Positions 1 to 21,082 of a stretch of DNA of 64,000 nucleotides are shown here, piece after piece. The translations under genes were made by a program, and so were the position numbers. The stretch is from contig NC_134025.1 of the NCBI RefSeq assembly GCF_964204645.1, positions 22,920,299-22,984,298 on the forward strand, in the 5' to 3' direction. Under the pieces are notes generated by a model. That model was not told where the DNA came from. It did no database searches and worked only from the letters and a program-made list of their open reading frames with translations. Each line of letters starts with the position of its first letter. Position 1 is the stretch's first letter. This DNA comes from Tubulanus polymorphus. Lineage: Eukaryota; Animalia; Nemertea.

Positions 1-152
1 CTTTGCGAGCCCGGTTAATAAAATGTGAGATTTGCCATTCTAAACACGCGTGTTAACTATAAATAAATGAAATGAATGATATCAAAATGGATGTAATAGT
101 TTGGCATACAACTGCATCTCAAAGTGTAAGTGAAAACTCACTTTCAAAACAA

Positions 153-424
153 CAGGGGCGGATCCAGGGGGCCAAAGCGACCCAGGCCCCTATTTTTCGC
201 CAAGATAACACTTTCGCTAGCTATCTACGAAAGTTACGCATACAGTGACAAATTATTGGTGGTCATTTTGTTTTAGAATCCCTCTTAATGCTTAGAAAAT
301 GATCGTTTTTCCAAATTTTCTTGGGGCTATGGCACTTGCAGTCATGAAAGCCATGTGTATCACTAGGCCTCAATTGTTTTTGCCCCCCCCCTCCCCTTAT
401 TCAAAATTCCTGGATCTGCCCCTG
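153..424. mobile_element. MITE with 16-bp TIRs (CAGGGGCGGATCCAGG family)
   Basis: CAGGGGCGGATCCAGG at 153 and CCTGGATCTGCCCCTG ending at 424 match 15/16 as inverted repeats. A related copy lies at 50837-51010. No clear TSD. Confidence 0.7.
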
Positions 425-3400
425 AATTGAGTCATATTTTTAATTTAATTGAATTTTTCTTTTCATTCTCAATATAAATATTGGGTTTTGACTTATGTAA
501 TGATAATTCGATTATTTATTATTATTAATTAATGATTATCAACGATAATTATTATTCATATTATTATTTTGATTAAACTTATGATTGTTGTATGAATAAT
601 ATATTGATTTTGAATGTGTAATGCAACGGCAAACTTGTAAATAACTGCTTGATCGAATTGTTTTATATAAGATTATCAAACCGATTTGAGTAAAATTATT
701 TAAATAAATATGATGTACAGTTTTCTGTCAACGAGTTAAACACCGAATGATTTATCGATCTTTGTGATATCGGCCTTCAAGGATATTTCTTGGCGTGGTG
801 CAACGATATTTTCGTGGATATTTGTCACCGGCGAAAGGGCCTCTTAAAATGTTTGACCTACTGCGGAGGTTTGCATTAATTATACATAGCTTTCAGCGCG
901 TATTAAGCCCGTTGCTGGTATTTGCTGATCGTATTAATGCTGGTTTTTACATATTTGGTTAGTCGGTAAATATTGAACTGCTAACTTTGGTATCTCGGTC
1001 TGTAGTGCCCCGCGCGAGTAGCGATGGTAACCTAAACTGTCGCCCACCATCGTGGCTCCACGTCGCGACGGTTAACTTTCCCTAATTTGTGTTCTCGTTA
1101 GTAAGCTCAATATTCGACTCTTGTGGACCACAAATTGAGTATTTAACAAGGAACTGCATCATCAGCAGCAGCAGCAACGAGATGATTCTAATAAACATTT
1201 CCGTTTCTTAAATAAATATCGATAATAAATCAAAAATATCAAAATCATTGAGATAAAAATAAAGTAAGTTTTGATCGAAGCCCCATTTCATATCCCCCAT
1301 CTCAGAAATTGCTTTATTGATGTCTAGATATTCAAATTAGTGGTTTCCGGACTGAGAAATATTTAAATTTCAGTTGCTCGAACGGAAAATATTTCGACAC
1401 ATTTTATTCTCCTTTTGGTAATTGCATATTTCATCACGGGGTCATAAATTCAACGTGCGATATACGCGCATAACGTGATATAGGGTCACGGCACGCCTTT
1501 ACGTGATTGGCACCTCGGGGGTAGGTTTTCATTCATCTCAAAAACGCCGCAGATCGCTCGAAATGTCTTTGTTTGCTCTGCCCTCTACAGCACACAAACG
1601 GTACTATAACGGACAATATTCGCGCTTGTGAGTAAATATTGCAGAATTATTATTACTTCACTCAGCGGAACTCGAGCCAGTTCAGTATTAAAAATGCGCA
1701 CTGCCATATCGGATAACCACCTGTGATCACCAATCCATGGAATTTTTATTCGCTTCTTGTTAGAAAAAAAATTTATAAAATGTTCAACTACAATAATTAC
1801 GACTTCAGGTTTTCTCAGGCTCCCAGGTAAGATATTCATTGTACGCGATCTCCAGCGCGTGAAAAGTACATTCATTATTCTATAGCTAAACCGGAACATT
1901 GGCCGGGCGCTATTAAATGGTCACTAATGAATTGTTAAAGAGGCGCCTCTTTATTTACGTTTTTAATCCCTCTTACTTGGGGTCAAATAGCTTTCACTAA
2001 TTGCCAGCCGAACACCCCGGTGCGTAGAAGCACGAAAACGTTATAACCTCTATTCTTATAAGATCGCTGTGAATTGAGAGAAACTTTTTATTTACTAATT
2101 CGTACGCGCGGTAGTTTTAATACTGGTTAGGATAGAAAACGAACACGTATTAGAATGGGACAGCATGATGTGCCGTACTCTTTTCAGTAAGTTCAGATAC
2201 TTATTTTTTAATTCAAGTACATAGGAATCCGCTGTGAGTGTTTGACTACTGAACTTGCGACTGGCTAGGCGAGGAGATCTGGTGCAGTTTCAGCTGATAG
2301 TATAGAGGGCCCGGTATAGAGGGAATCCCACTATAATGACTAGAGACAATGTCCGAAAATGTTTCCTAGAGCCAGTAGTTTATTCGACGACGTTTCAACT
2401 ATATTCTCATGGTCATCTTCGCTCTAGGAAACCTTTTTCGGACTTTGTTTCTCGTTAATATTGTGGGATTCTTTCTTCATAACACGGATATAGTTTTTTA
2501 TCAATCGAAAGCTGAAAGTTTGAAGTCGATTGTTCCAGCCACGATTGCCAAAAGGATATACGGAAAATTCCATCTCGTTTTCTTTTAGTTTTTCACCCTC
2601 CAACAAGACTTAGTTGTTAATCGATTTTGCGTAGGCCTACAACCGAAGAAAGAATTCATTCTATTTTAGAATCGGAACTATTTAGCTGTTTTTGTCGAAT
2701 TTTCATCCGGCCGCCCAGCGGGAAAACTACGTGAGAGAATAAGGAGTTCCGCGTAGACACTTACAGTAAATCTGCCGTAAGTGCCAGGTGATGATCTTTC
2801 GGATCTTTCGACAACCAGGACTAATTTCAAGACACTAGAATAATGAAATCTATATTATGCCACATTATACTGATAAGTCTCCCGTCGTTAAATTTTTTTC
2901 GGATATTCTATCACCAAACACGAGCGCAAAATCTTTTGCTAGGCTGTTTCGTTTATTTTTCAATTAATTACCCTTAATTGAACGAAGTGTTTAAGACATG
3001 GTAATTCCCGAAAAATTCTACATTTCTGAAGCACCATTTTGTATGTACTGTTATTATATAACCAATACTTCAATTACGTATTCGTATCACTGAAGTGATG
3101 AATCGCAAAAATAACCCCAATATATATGGGAGCGAAAACAAATATACGCCGTATCTACTTGTTGAGTACGGCGGTCACTTGCATGTGTAAATCATAGATG
3201 CAACAAAACTGAATATATCAAATATGAAAATGAAAATCATAGAAAAATGAAAAAGATCACCAGTTAGTTATCGTAGGGAGTTGTATTTAAGAAAAGGCTA
3301 AGAAAATGCTTGACCAAGCAAATACGTATGATGTAGTGAATACTATTTGTAAGGACGACATCGATTACTGGTAGTTCTTATGCGCATATAAACAGATAGG

Positions 3401-4862
3401 ATGTTACTACGTATATTTTCATACTCGATTGTTTTCTTGAAACAAATATTCAGCAGATCGATTTTTTCCTATTGATCCGTAAACTCTGCATCGGGTATTA
3501 TTAGCAATGATTGACATTTTCCGAACGACATCGCGTGTGCGCGGATTAAGATTGAGAACATTTTAAAATCGATTTTTAAGACATTTCTGAATAAATGAAC
3601 ACTATCTTCATGGCCGCAAATTAGCGTATGGTATGTTTTTGATTCGCCATCGCGCGTAATTTCCCAGGAATTTTTAACAGGAGTCGCCGCGTTTTCGACG
3701 TCGTCCGACAAAAGAAAGCGAATTCTATGCCTGCTGCGAATCAATAAACGTGAAGAATATCCTTTTGTTGAATATTTGAAAAAAATGAGAAGACACAATC
3801 CGGCTCGCGACTTTTGTGCGCCGGGGGTACAGGTTTGTACGATTCCATTATGCTTTACCGCGTGATCTATATCTAAGTCTTTGTGGGCAAATTGAATGAA
3901 GAGGGATTTGTTTTTTGACAGGTTTATTCATTAAAAATAACGCTAATGCTAAACCTTGTATGTAAACGCTAGGCGTTCATATGTAGCTCATTCTCTATTA
4001 TTTGAACGAAGTATTACCGTGTCGCAAATACCCGGCGATTAAGACCAAAACGTTTCGAAGGGAAAATAGACCTTAAATTCTCGCCGTATGTGATTAGATT
4101 CACGAAACTGTGATATGCGCGAAATTGAAGAGGATATTAACGATTCTATGCATCTGCAGGATATGATGGCAAATATGGCGCGCCTGAAAAAAGACCAGGC
4201 AGGTGTGGCCAACAGGTAGGCTCTCAGCGATTATCCCTAACGGAAATTGAAAATGTCATATCCACACGGTCGGATTGTGTCGAGAAATATTAATTAACGC
4301 GTTTCACTTATTAGTCGCAGGCGTGGTCCATCTGTCAGTATTTCAATAGGTACTTTAGAAAATCCATAGGTCTAGTGAGGCACAGTATTCGCAATAGAAT
4401 ATATAACGCATATATCGCCAAGCGTTAAATTACATTATTTCTTTGAAAGTAAAACGTACATTAGTTTTGGACTTCCAGTAGGCCCCTATTGCAATATCTT
4501 TTGAAATTGAGTTTCGGTTGAAATTCACTGAACACTAAAATTCAGTTATGAAATAAATTTCTACCAACAAATTGCCCATCATATGGCATGAAATAAAAGC
4601 TCAAAAATGTAATCGTCGGAGAGCATAGCCTACGATTACGAATGAGATTTGTCCGCAATTTACATTATATTTACGTATACGCAAGTAGTTAGTATATTGG
4701 CCTACATATAACGGTGAGACATATCTATTACTCTATTCGTAGAGGGGGTCGCATCATGAGAAAGCACGATTCGTGCGTGAAAGCCGCAAGTTTTTTTATT
4801 ATAGCGCCCGCAAAATTTGCGTCTCTACGCTTGACATTTGAAGGCCACGTGCTCGTGTTATT

Positions 4863-4891
4863 GTCACGTGATACAACGTTCCTATGACGAC
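4863..4891. promoter_or_regulatory. Candidate CDKL1 promoter elements: E-box GTCACGTGA and RFX X-box-like GTTCCTATGACGAC
   Basis: GTCACGTGA at 4863 and a 14-bp X-box-like site at 4878-4891 sit in a CpG-richer patch upstream of a possible 5' exon (donor GAA|GTGAG at 5155/5156). Confidence 0.35.
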
Positions 4892-5903
4892 GAATATTAC
4901 CGCTGTGCGTCGTTGTCGATTGAGCACGTAAAATAGGGCGTTGCTATTTTCATCGATATGAAACAATATCATCACTTTAACGCCGGAATCATTTTCTAAA
5001 CTATGGAAATAATTCTATGGTCCGAGGAAGATTTGTACGCTATAGATTAATACAAATAACAGAACATTATTGCAAATAATTCACTGCTGCGTAGAGATTT
5101 CTGTTGGCGAGAGAAATAGCTCAAAATGGCCACCGATGATGACAGCTTTCAGGAAGTGAGAGCAAGATAAAACATTTCAGATGCATTTTCAACGGTGCAA
5201 TTCTGTCAATTCGGACTTACGTATATACACTGTTTAAAGTTGTCGGTGACCTGTAATATTGGACATTTATATATTTGCTCCCATAAGAGGATTTCATTGA
5301 AGGTGATCATTGTAAATTTAATGTTATTTGTAAACCGAGATCGTTACTTTTTAGTTTTACTTTTATAATTATATCGTTGAGAATGTTGTTAATTAGCCTA
5401 TCTGATCGCACGACGTCAGTCATCATTAATTATGCAGATATTTTTTACAAAAATAATCCCACAAAATCATTTGCTATATTCATAGCCTACATCCAATGGC
5501 CAAGCTCCTACCTACGTTTGATTGTCACCGTTCCCATCATCGACATAGTGTCATTTTGCGGTTGGTGTTTTAAAAATCAAGAGAAGGAAGGCTTTTTCCT
5601 CTCCTGCCCCCTGTCAGGGGTGTTTGTAGTTTGGGGTTGAACTTTGGTTTTTGTAGTTAGTCGACAATTTACAAATGAAATGTAATCGAATGTCCGTACA
5701 AATCCGAAAATAGCAAACAACGCAATTGAGCGCAGTCGCTGTAGGCTACAATAAATAGACTTTAGTTCGTTCCTAAAAGTTATGTTCCAAGAATAAGATG
5801 GCTGTCGCTGTGAAATAGTCTGAATGACCTAATTAGTGCATTCGATTTTAGATTTTCCGATCACTAGTCAACTAGGCCTACTTATGAAATCTGAAGTTCA
5901 CCA

Positions 5904-6453
5904 CCTAATGTCTATTTATTAATTGATGAGACCTGTTTTTCTAGGATATTTTGCTTACTTTTTGGGGTACATACCTCATTTACGTCTTAACAGAATGCCA
6001 AAAATCGCGGACAACATCTGAATATCCGATATATTCCCAGTTCTGTACCAATTAGATGCATTGGCAAAAAGACTCCTTAAGTCCAGTTGAATGAGAGAGA
6101 AAATCCTCCATTTTGTCAAATTTCTTGAATTTTTACATTGTTACCATGCCTACGCCACCCTGCTTTAGTTGTTGAGACCCCACAAGAAAAATAACTTCAT
6201 TTCGTAGGCATGGTGACAATGTAAAAATTCAAGAAATTTGACAAAATGGAGGATTTTCTCTCTCATTCAACTGGACTTAAGGAGTCTTTTTGCCAATGCA
6301 TCTAATTGGTACAGAACTGGAAATATATCGGATATTCAGTTGTTGTCCGCGATTTTTGGCATTCTGTTAAGACGTAAATGAGGTATGTACCCCAAAAAGT
6401 AAGCAAAATATCCTAGAAAAACAGGTCTCATCAATTAATAAATAGACATTAGG
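5904..6453. repeat. Long near-perfect inverted repeat (251-bp arms, 48-bp spacer)
   Basis: 5904-6154 is the reverse complement of 6203-6453, with about 3 mismatches by eye. Confidence 0.95.
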
Positions 6454-6631
6454 CTTGAGAGTTGCCATGGGCTGAAGGCTAAAGTTGACAAGTGAATATA
6501 CAAGAAGTGGATATTTTGCCAATTTTCCCTTTTTTTGGTAAACGCTATATGGCCCTATGAAGATTCGAAAAAACTATTTTTACAGGGTTTTTATTAGGGT
6601 TAGAAAAAGGGTCTAAAAGTAAGATTTTAGG

Positions 6632-6956
6632 CACGGTGGCCACTGACCAGGAAAACTTGGATAACTGAGGGAATCAGAAAATCTAGAAAAAATCTGGGAA
6701 AACTCTGGGAGTTTGGATATTCTATTGACCCGACATTTTTTAATCAATATGCGATTGCCAGATCGAGTACCTGCAGAATAATCAGCCTGTTGATTGAGGC
6801 TGGTTACCAGGATGATGATTCATAAAAAAATGAATAAATTATAACATAGGCTAATTGAAACGCAAAAATTTTTCAGATTCATTCAGGGAATTTTGTGTAC
6901 TGTTAAAACATGGAAAACTCTGGGAATTTGTAAATGGGTAGAAAGTGGTCATCCTT
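6632..6956. mobile_element. MITE, CAGGGTGGCCAC-TIR family, copy 1 (degenerate)
   Basis: Ends read CACGGTGGCCAC...AAGTGGTCATCC. Internal (T)CAGGGAA/CTGGGAA repeats are shared with the copies at 10724 and 15264. Confidence 0.6.
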
Positions 6957-7742
6957 TTAGGGTTGTCCATTTGCTTAAAAACTCTTTGATGGTTCAGCCA
7001 ATGTCCCAAGGTTTTACTGAGGTAGGGCTATGGGCCTACTCCCAAAATATCGCAGAAAAATTAATCTATGAAATATATAGGTCTACTAGTAGTGACCTAA
7101 TCATCAGTGATGACTTGAAAATATAGTATTTTTGTTGATTCCTTACTCATTTTAAAACATTGGTGGCAAGCTTTTATAATCAATTTAAGGCTTCTGACAT
7201 ATTTATGAGGCTATAGTTCACCAAAACAAAAGAAAGTTAGCCAATACAATCCTTGATTAGGCCTATTTGATTACTCCAGAGTTTGATTTTCAATGAGTTC
7301 AGTTTAAAAACGCTGGTGAGTCAACCAACTTCCTAACGGTGGCCTGAAATTTCTAAATATCCAGGCTTATGTGTGAAAAGAATTTATCTTTCAACGAAAT
7401 AACCGTTTTGCTTGGAGAATTATTGAATCAAATTATATCGAAATGAATTTCTATTCTGGCTAGCATTCCCATGCTTCAAAGCGATCAACAAGTGGACCTA
7501 TTTAGCCAAATAGCTTTATCAGTGTTTATTGCGAGTAAATTAATGTTTTGGACAATGTTTTATTGACCTAGTGTGTCCATCAAAGCGATAAATTGTCCTT
7601 TGAGGGCTTTTGTTTGGTTCTAGAGTGCGCTGTTGGGTGATTCTATACTGATAGCCTATATGTGTCTTACGTACAGGTCACAAAATATTTATTTATGTTA
7701 AGTATTCATTTATTCACAACGCAATCCAATATTCGATGGTGA

Positions 7743-16389
<8,647 letters not shown>

Positions 16390-19300
16390 CTTTTTGGTCA
16401 AGGGGTTTTACGTCATGAAGGAAGTTCACTTGGGGACAACACTAAATAGCACGGATAGTTTTTTGAGAATGTTTCCATGGACAGTACAACAAATATGTGA
16501 CGGAAATCCTGGCGGCCATTTGCCAGAAGTATTTTCAGGGATATATGGATGACTGCGTGTACCCACGTTTCGTTCACTAACCAGGAGTTATGTATATCAT
16601 ATTTATATATGAAATATTTATATATATATATATATATAATATGCATACTTCGTCAGCATTCAGAACTCTTGCATAAAACGTCAGTGCATTTCAAACTGGT
16701 GCAGGAAGAGGGAGATACAATATTTTACAATTTACTTTAAAAAAAAATGTCATTGTTGGTTCTTCCATTGCTCAATATCTCACAAGATCATTACTTGGTG
16801 GTCGGTAGCTTCTCGCTATAAAGGCCGCGTTTGAGAGAATCAATGTTGGATAGATTTGTAGTCTACAGAAAATGGCGGAGTTCTGGAATGTTGGTAGCTT
16901 TCAACACACAATCACTGCTTTTCTGTGTGCTGCTTTTCGCGGTTTCGGACAACGGTGTTTTCACATGCACAGAAGAAGTAGTAACAGTTTGTTATCGGAA
17001 TACAATGAGCGTTTCAGTTGTTGATGAGTTGACAATTGGTTACGTCTCGCGATTGAAATGTCGTTCAACGCTCTAAGGGAATGGGGCGCGCGAAGAGCTT
17101 TCGGACAGGACTCGGTCCATACATCGTTGCACCGGCTTAATCGCGAGCTACGACGCGCCGGCGGCGGTGTTGTGAACTTTCAAATTGTTTCTCTCGAGCA
17201 ATATCGTTTGAAAGATTAAATCGAATTGAATTTGCGAGTAATCTTTCGACGCGCAACATTCCACGTTGGTTTGTTTAAACACGTTGTTCATTGTTATCTT
17301 GTTGAATCTCATTTTGTAAATTAGGATTAGTACGAAGTACTGCGTTGTATATCGAAAAGAAATAATCATCCATTTAGTTTATGTGTATATATTTCTAACT
17401 CCCTCTGCCCTCTCTCTTTTTTTCCCGCTCTCTGTGTAGATTTTTTGATTGACACTGCTGCACGTATGACACTGAATTGACTGCTACATCACCACACAAT
17501 CGGTACATCCTATTCCCGGAAATGGCAAAATGGCCGCAATTATTATTTATCTGTAAAAAGTGCTTTTTACCAAGTTTAGAAAGCGAACTAGTGTTTAGAG
17601 TGAAGGTCAATATTTTCTAGTCCAGATTTCACTTGGCATATTTCATCGCACGATTTATTTTACATCGCGGTTAAAACGACATCCCAAATAACAGGTATTT
17701 CGACCTAACTGTAATTTGTTAAACATTCCTGTGAAGGTTTCTAATTTATAAACATATCACTTTCAATTGTTTGTTCATACCCGTCCTAAATAAAAAACAT
17801 TGCAAATAATTCTGAAAAATGTGATCTAAATAACTTATTGAAGACAGAAGGTGCTGAAAGAATTTTGTGATTTCCATTTTTTGGTCAGTTTTTTTTTAAT
17901 TCAGAAAAGAAAAGCAACAATTGTACTGATCCTGTGATATAAAAAGTATTCAGCGATTTTCTGTTAAAACCTGTCAATAACTTAAATGTTCTGGAATCAA
18001 ACTGAAAATTGTGGTCCCAACTTACTATATTGTTTTAAACTGCACTGGGTAAAAAGTATATCATTTCAGCAGTTGTTTCAATAAGTATGAATATTTTTAA
18101 GGTGTTTTTTCCTATTGTTACGTTTATCTCAATTTTGTGTGGCTGGTATTTTGTTATAGTAATATGAATTGCCATATATGGTCGTCTTTGTCATTCATTA
18201 CTGTTATAGTGTTATATATCTCATCTCTTATCATCGCAGTGTCATTATGCATTTATGTATTTCATACTATCATCAACTGTTATTTTTCATTTCATCTTAT
18301 TTGGGGGGCTGTCCATTTATTACGTCCAGTTAAGTACTTGGGGAGCTAGAGGGATGGAGAGTTAAATGTGATAGTTGAAATTATAAGGAATAGGTACCAG
18401 CGATGGGAAAGGAAATCAATCCAAAATATTTTACGTTTCAATAAATGGATGCCCCCTAATTGGCTGTTTGTTCAATCGACCAATCTACCACCACAAACAA
18501 TTCCTTCCCATACCCTGTTCTTTTCTTCGACACAAAGTTTATGCCGCTACCATAAGATAATGATCTTAAGATGGCTTTTTCGGATTCAAAAATCGGTTTA
18601 GTAATTTAGGACATCAAGCTCGTCATAAACTCGGCCAACCCACTGTAACAAGGGATGTTTTTACTGTAAATGGCTTCTAAAAAAAATTCTACAGTGCAGT
18701 GGATTAATATAACAATAATGATAACAATATTGATAATGATAAAAATAATATTGACCAAAAAAAAACTGTGTATATTTTAGTGTAAGTTGCTTCATACATT
18801 TTACCTGTAGTCGCCAAAGTAAATTAAGACACATATTCTTTGTTCCTTTATGTATGAAAAAAAGATTCATGTAAAAATCTAGAATAAAATAATTCTATGT
18901 TAGTATATCAAATTGTTTAAAGTTGATTTTTTGGTTAGTATGGCAGGTTGGGTGAAGAACAGTGGTGTTACTAGCTGTACAGTAAGTTCCAACCCTTTTA
19001 CTGTATATTCAATGTAGTTCCAATGTACTTTGAAGTTTCTCAAAAACATGAAGAATCCAAGCTAATTAAGCCCAAGGATAAAGGAATAGCTTAATTTAAA
19101 GAAATTGCCATTGAAGTACCGGTAGGTTAATGGTTACAGTAGACTCATAGTGTACCCCGGATTCGATTGGGATTATCAGATGCCCTAGAAATTTCTTGCT
19201 CCAATTTGTGATAATGACCCTGCTCTGAATACCTGGAATTTGCGACCTTTTGAGAACTTGTTCCTGTGATCTAAGGCAAGCAGTTTACTGTATATGGTTT

Positions 19301-19547
19301 GATGCAGTTGCGCAGAGTAGAACTTTCTTAAGAATTAAAGGGTACTTAATGAATTGGTACCGTGATCTGTAGTCAGTGCTATCTAACATGATAAAAGAGG
19401 AATCAAATGACTCGGCCTTATTTCCAGAATAGTATCTTTTGTTTTCCCTCTTAACACATCAGCAATCTAAGAGAGAGACTAAGTCACTATGTATTATCTC
19501 GTCCATATCTTGTCTCGAAGCCTTCGTAAGCAAAATACACGATCTAA

Positions 19548-19766
19548 GGCTAAACAAAAATGATACCTTGTTTCTCCGTAGCGGCCGGGTCATTTTAGTA
19601 AAATATGATAAAATATGTAAACAGTTCATTTCTATAGCGGCCGGGTCTGTTATGGTAAAATTGATCACGATTTAAAAAAAAGTAATGTATAGGGTAGATA
19701 GGCGGCCGGCCGGGTCAACATTCAAGCTCAGCAGAGCGGAGAAACAAGGTATCAATTTTTTTAGCC
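19548..19766. mobile_element. MITE with ~30-bp TIRs and TAA target duplication (PIF/Harbinger-like)
   Basis: GGCTAAACAAAAATGATACCTTGTTTCTCCG pairs with CGGAGAAACAAGGTATCAATTTTTTTAGCC. TAA lies on both flanks, and there are three internal CGGCCGGGTC copies. Confidence 0.8.
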
Positions 19767-21082
19767 TAATCCACTGCATGAAAGTACAAACCCCAGTAGT
19801 GGAAAAAATAAAGAATTGAAAACAACATTGTTCTACTCTAAAAAGTCTAATAAAGATTTTATTCATATAAAATATCTCATAAAACTTTTCTTGATTATAA
19901 AACATGATAGTTTTGTTCTCGGTAACCTTAGAAAAATACAAAAAAAATGAAGAACATTCACTTGACGTGTGTATAACACGTAATACAAACCATATGAACA
20001 ATCAACAATTTAGCAACACAATATATTCAATAGAATCTTAGTCATTTAGAAATTTTAATCAGCTAAAAATGTTTATAATATCCTCTTATTTGTGTACATG
20101 CAACAAGTTATAGTTTATTTCCTTTATTTCTCTTTCTACAACAATTCATAATGGAAAAATACCTAGCAGTAATCCGACAATCAATTTACTGACGAATTGG
20201 TACCAAATAAGGGGATTCCACTTGATCTTAGTTTTTATTTTACAGAAAAATCACATTCAATCATTAACAAACTGGTGATCATAGAAAATAATAAGTAGAT
20301 ATGTCATTGCAAGAGGGAGTCACTGCATAATCACCTCTCAACCATAGAAGGTTGAGTGTAAACTACAATGTACATGTATCTTCGAAGTCAGATGTTTAGA
20401 TGAGTATTTCATTTATATGTGTCATGCCATGTCATGATGGACACCAGTACATGTGTTTGAATTGTCTATATGTGCACAGCAATTTCTCTATCAGATACAC
20501 TACCATCGCTGGTACCTTGAGGCCGCATTTCGAAGTTGTAGGCGCTGACGTTTGATGCCTGAAATTCGAAAAGAGGAACTGTAATAAAAAAAACAGCTGG
20601 GAAATTTCAGTTGTTTAGAGTTTCTGGTCTATCACAGAACTTAATGATGGTTAAATGGCTAATTACACATAAGGTATCTTTTCATTTTAGTGTTACATTA
20701 TAAACACAAGAACTAGTTAATACACCTATACACCACTGAGGTACATGTTCTGAAGCGCTAGATAGTGACAAAATAATGCCTATCCATCTGCAGTTTCAAT
20801 TACATGTATGTGGTGTACAGGCTTAGGTCCGTATTGAGTTTTGTAATGTCCCACAATCAGAGTAATTGTTAAGAGAAATGATAGCCAACACATTTGCCGG
20901 GAAAGGAAATAGTGATTTGTTTGTGCGAAAGATCGATTAGAAAGAACAGATTTGTTTTATTAATGTGTGACGACACAAAACACACTGAAAAATCAGTTTC
21001 CAGACATTCCTACCTCCTACTAAACTGAAGATACAGCCATCAAACCAGGATGTACTGTGAAGCTATATTGTGTTAGAGAATC

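Noticed and set aside
2500-2580. RWNFPYILLAI peptide faintly like a Harbinger transposase motif
   Set aside because: Lacks the GAIDG catalytic motif and the frame closes quickly.
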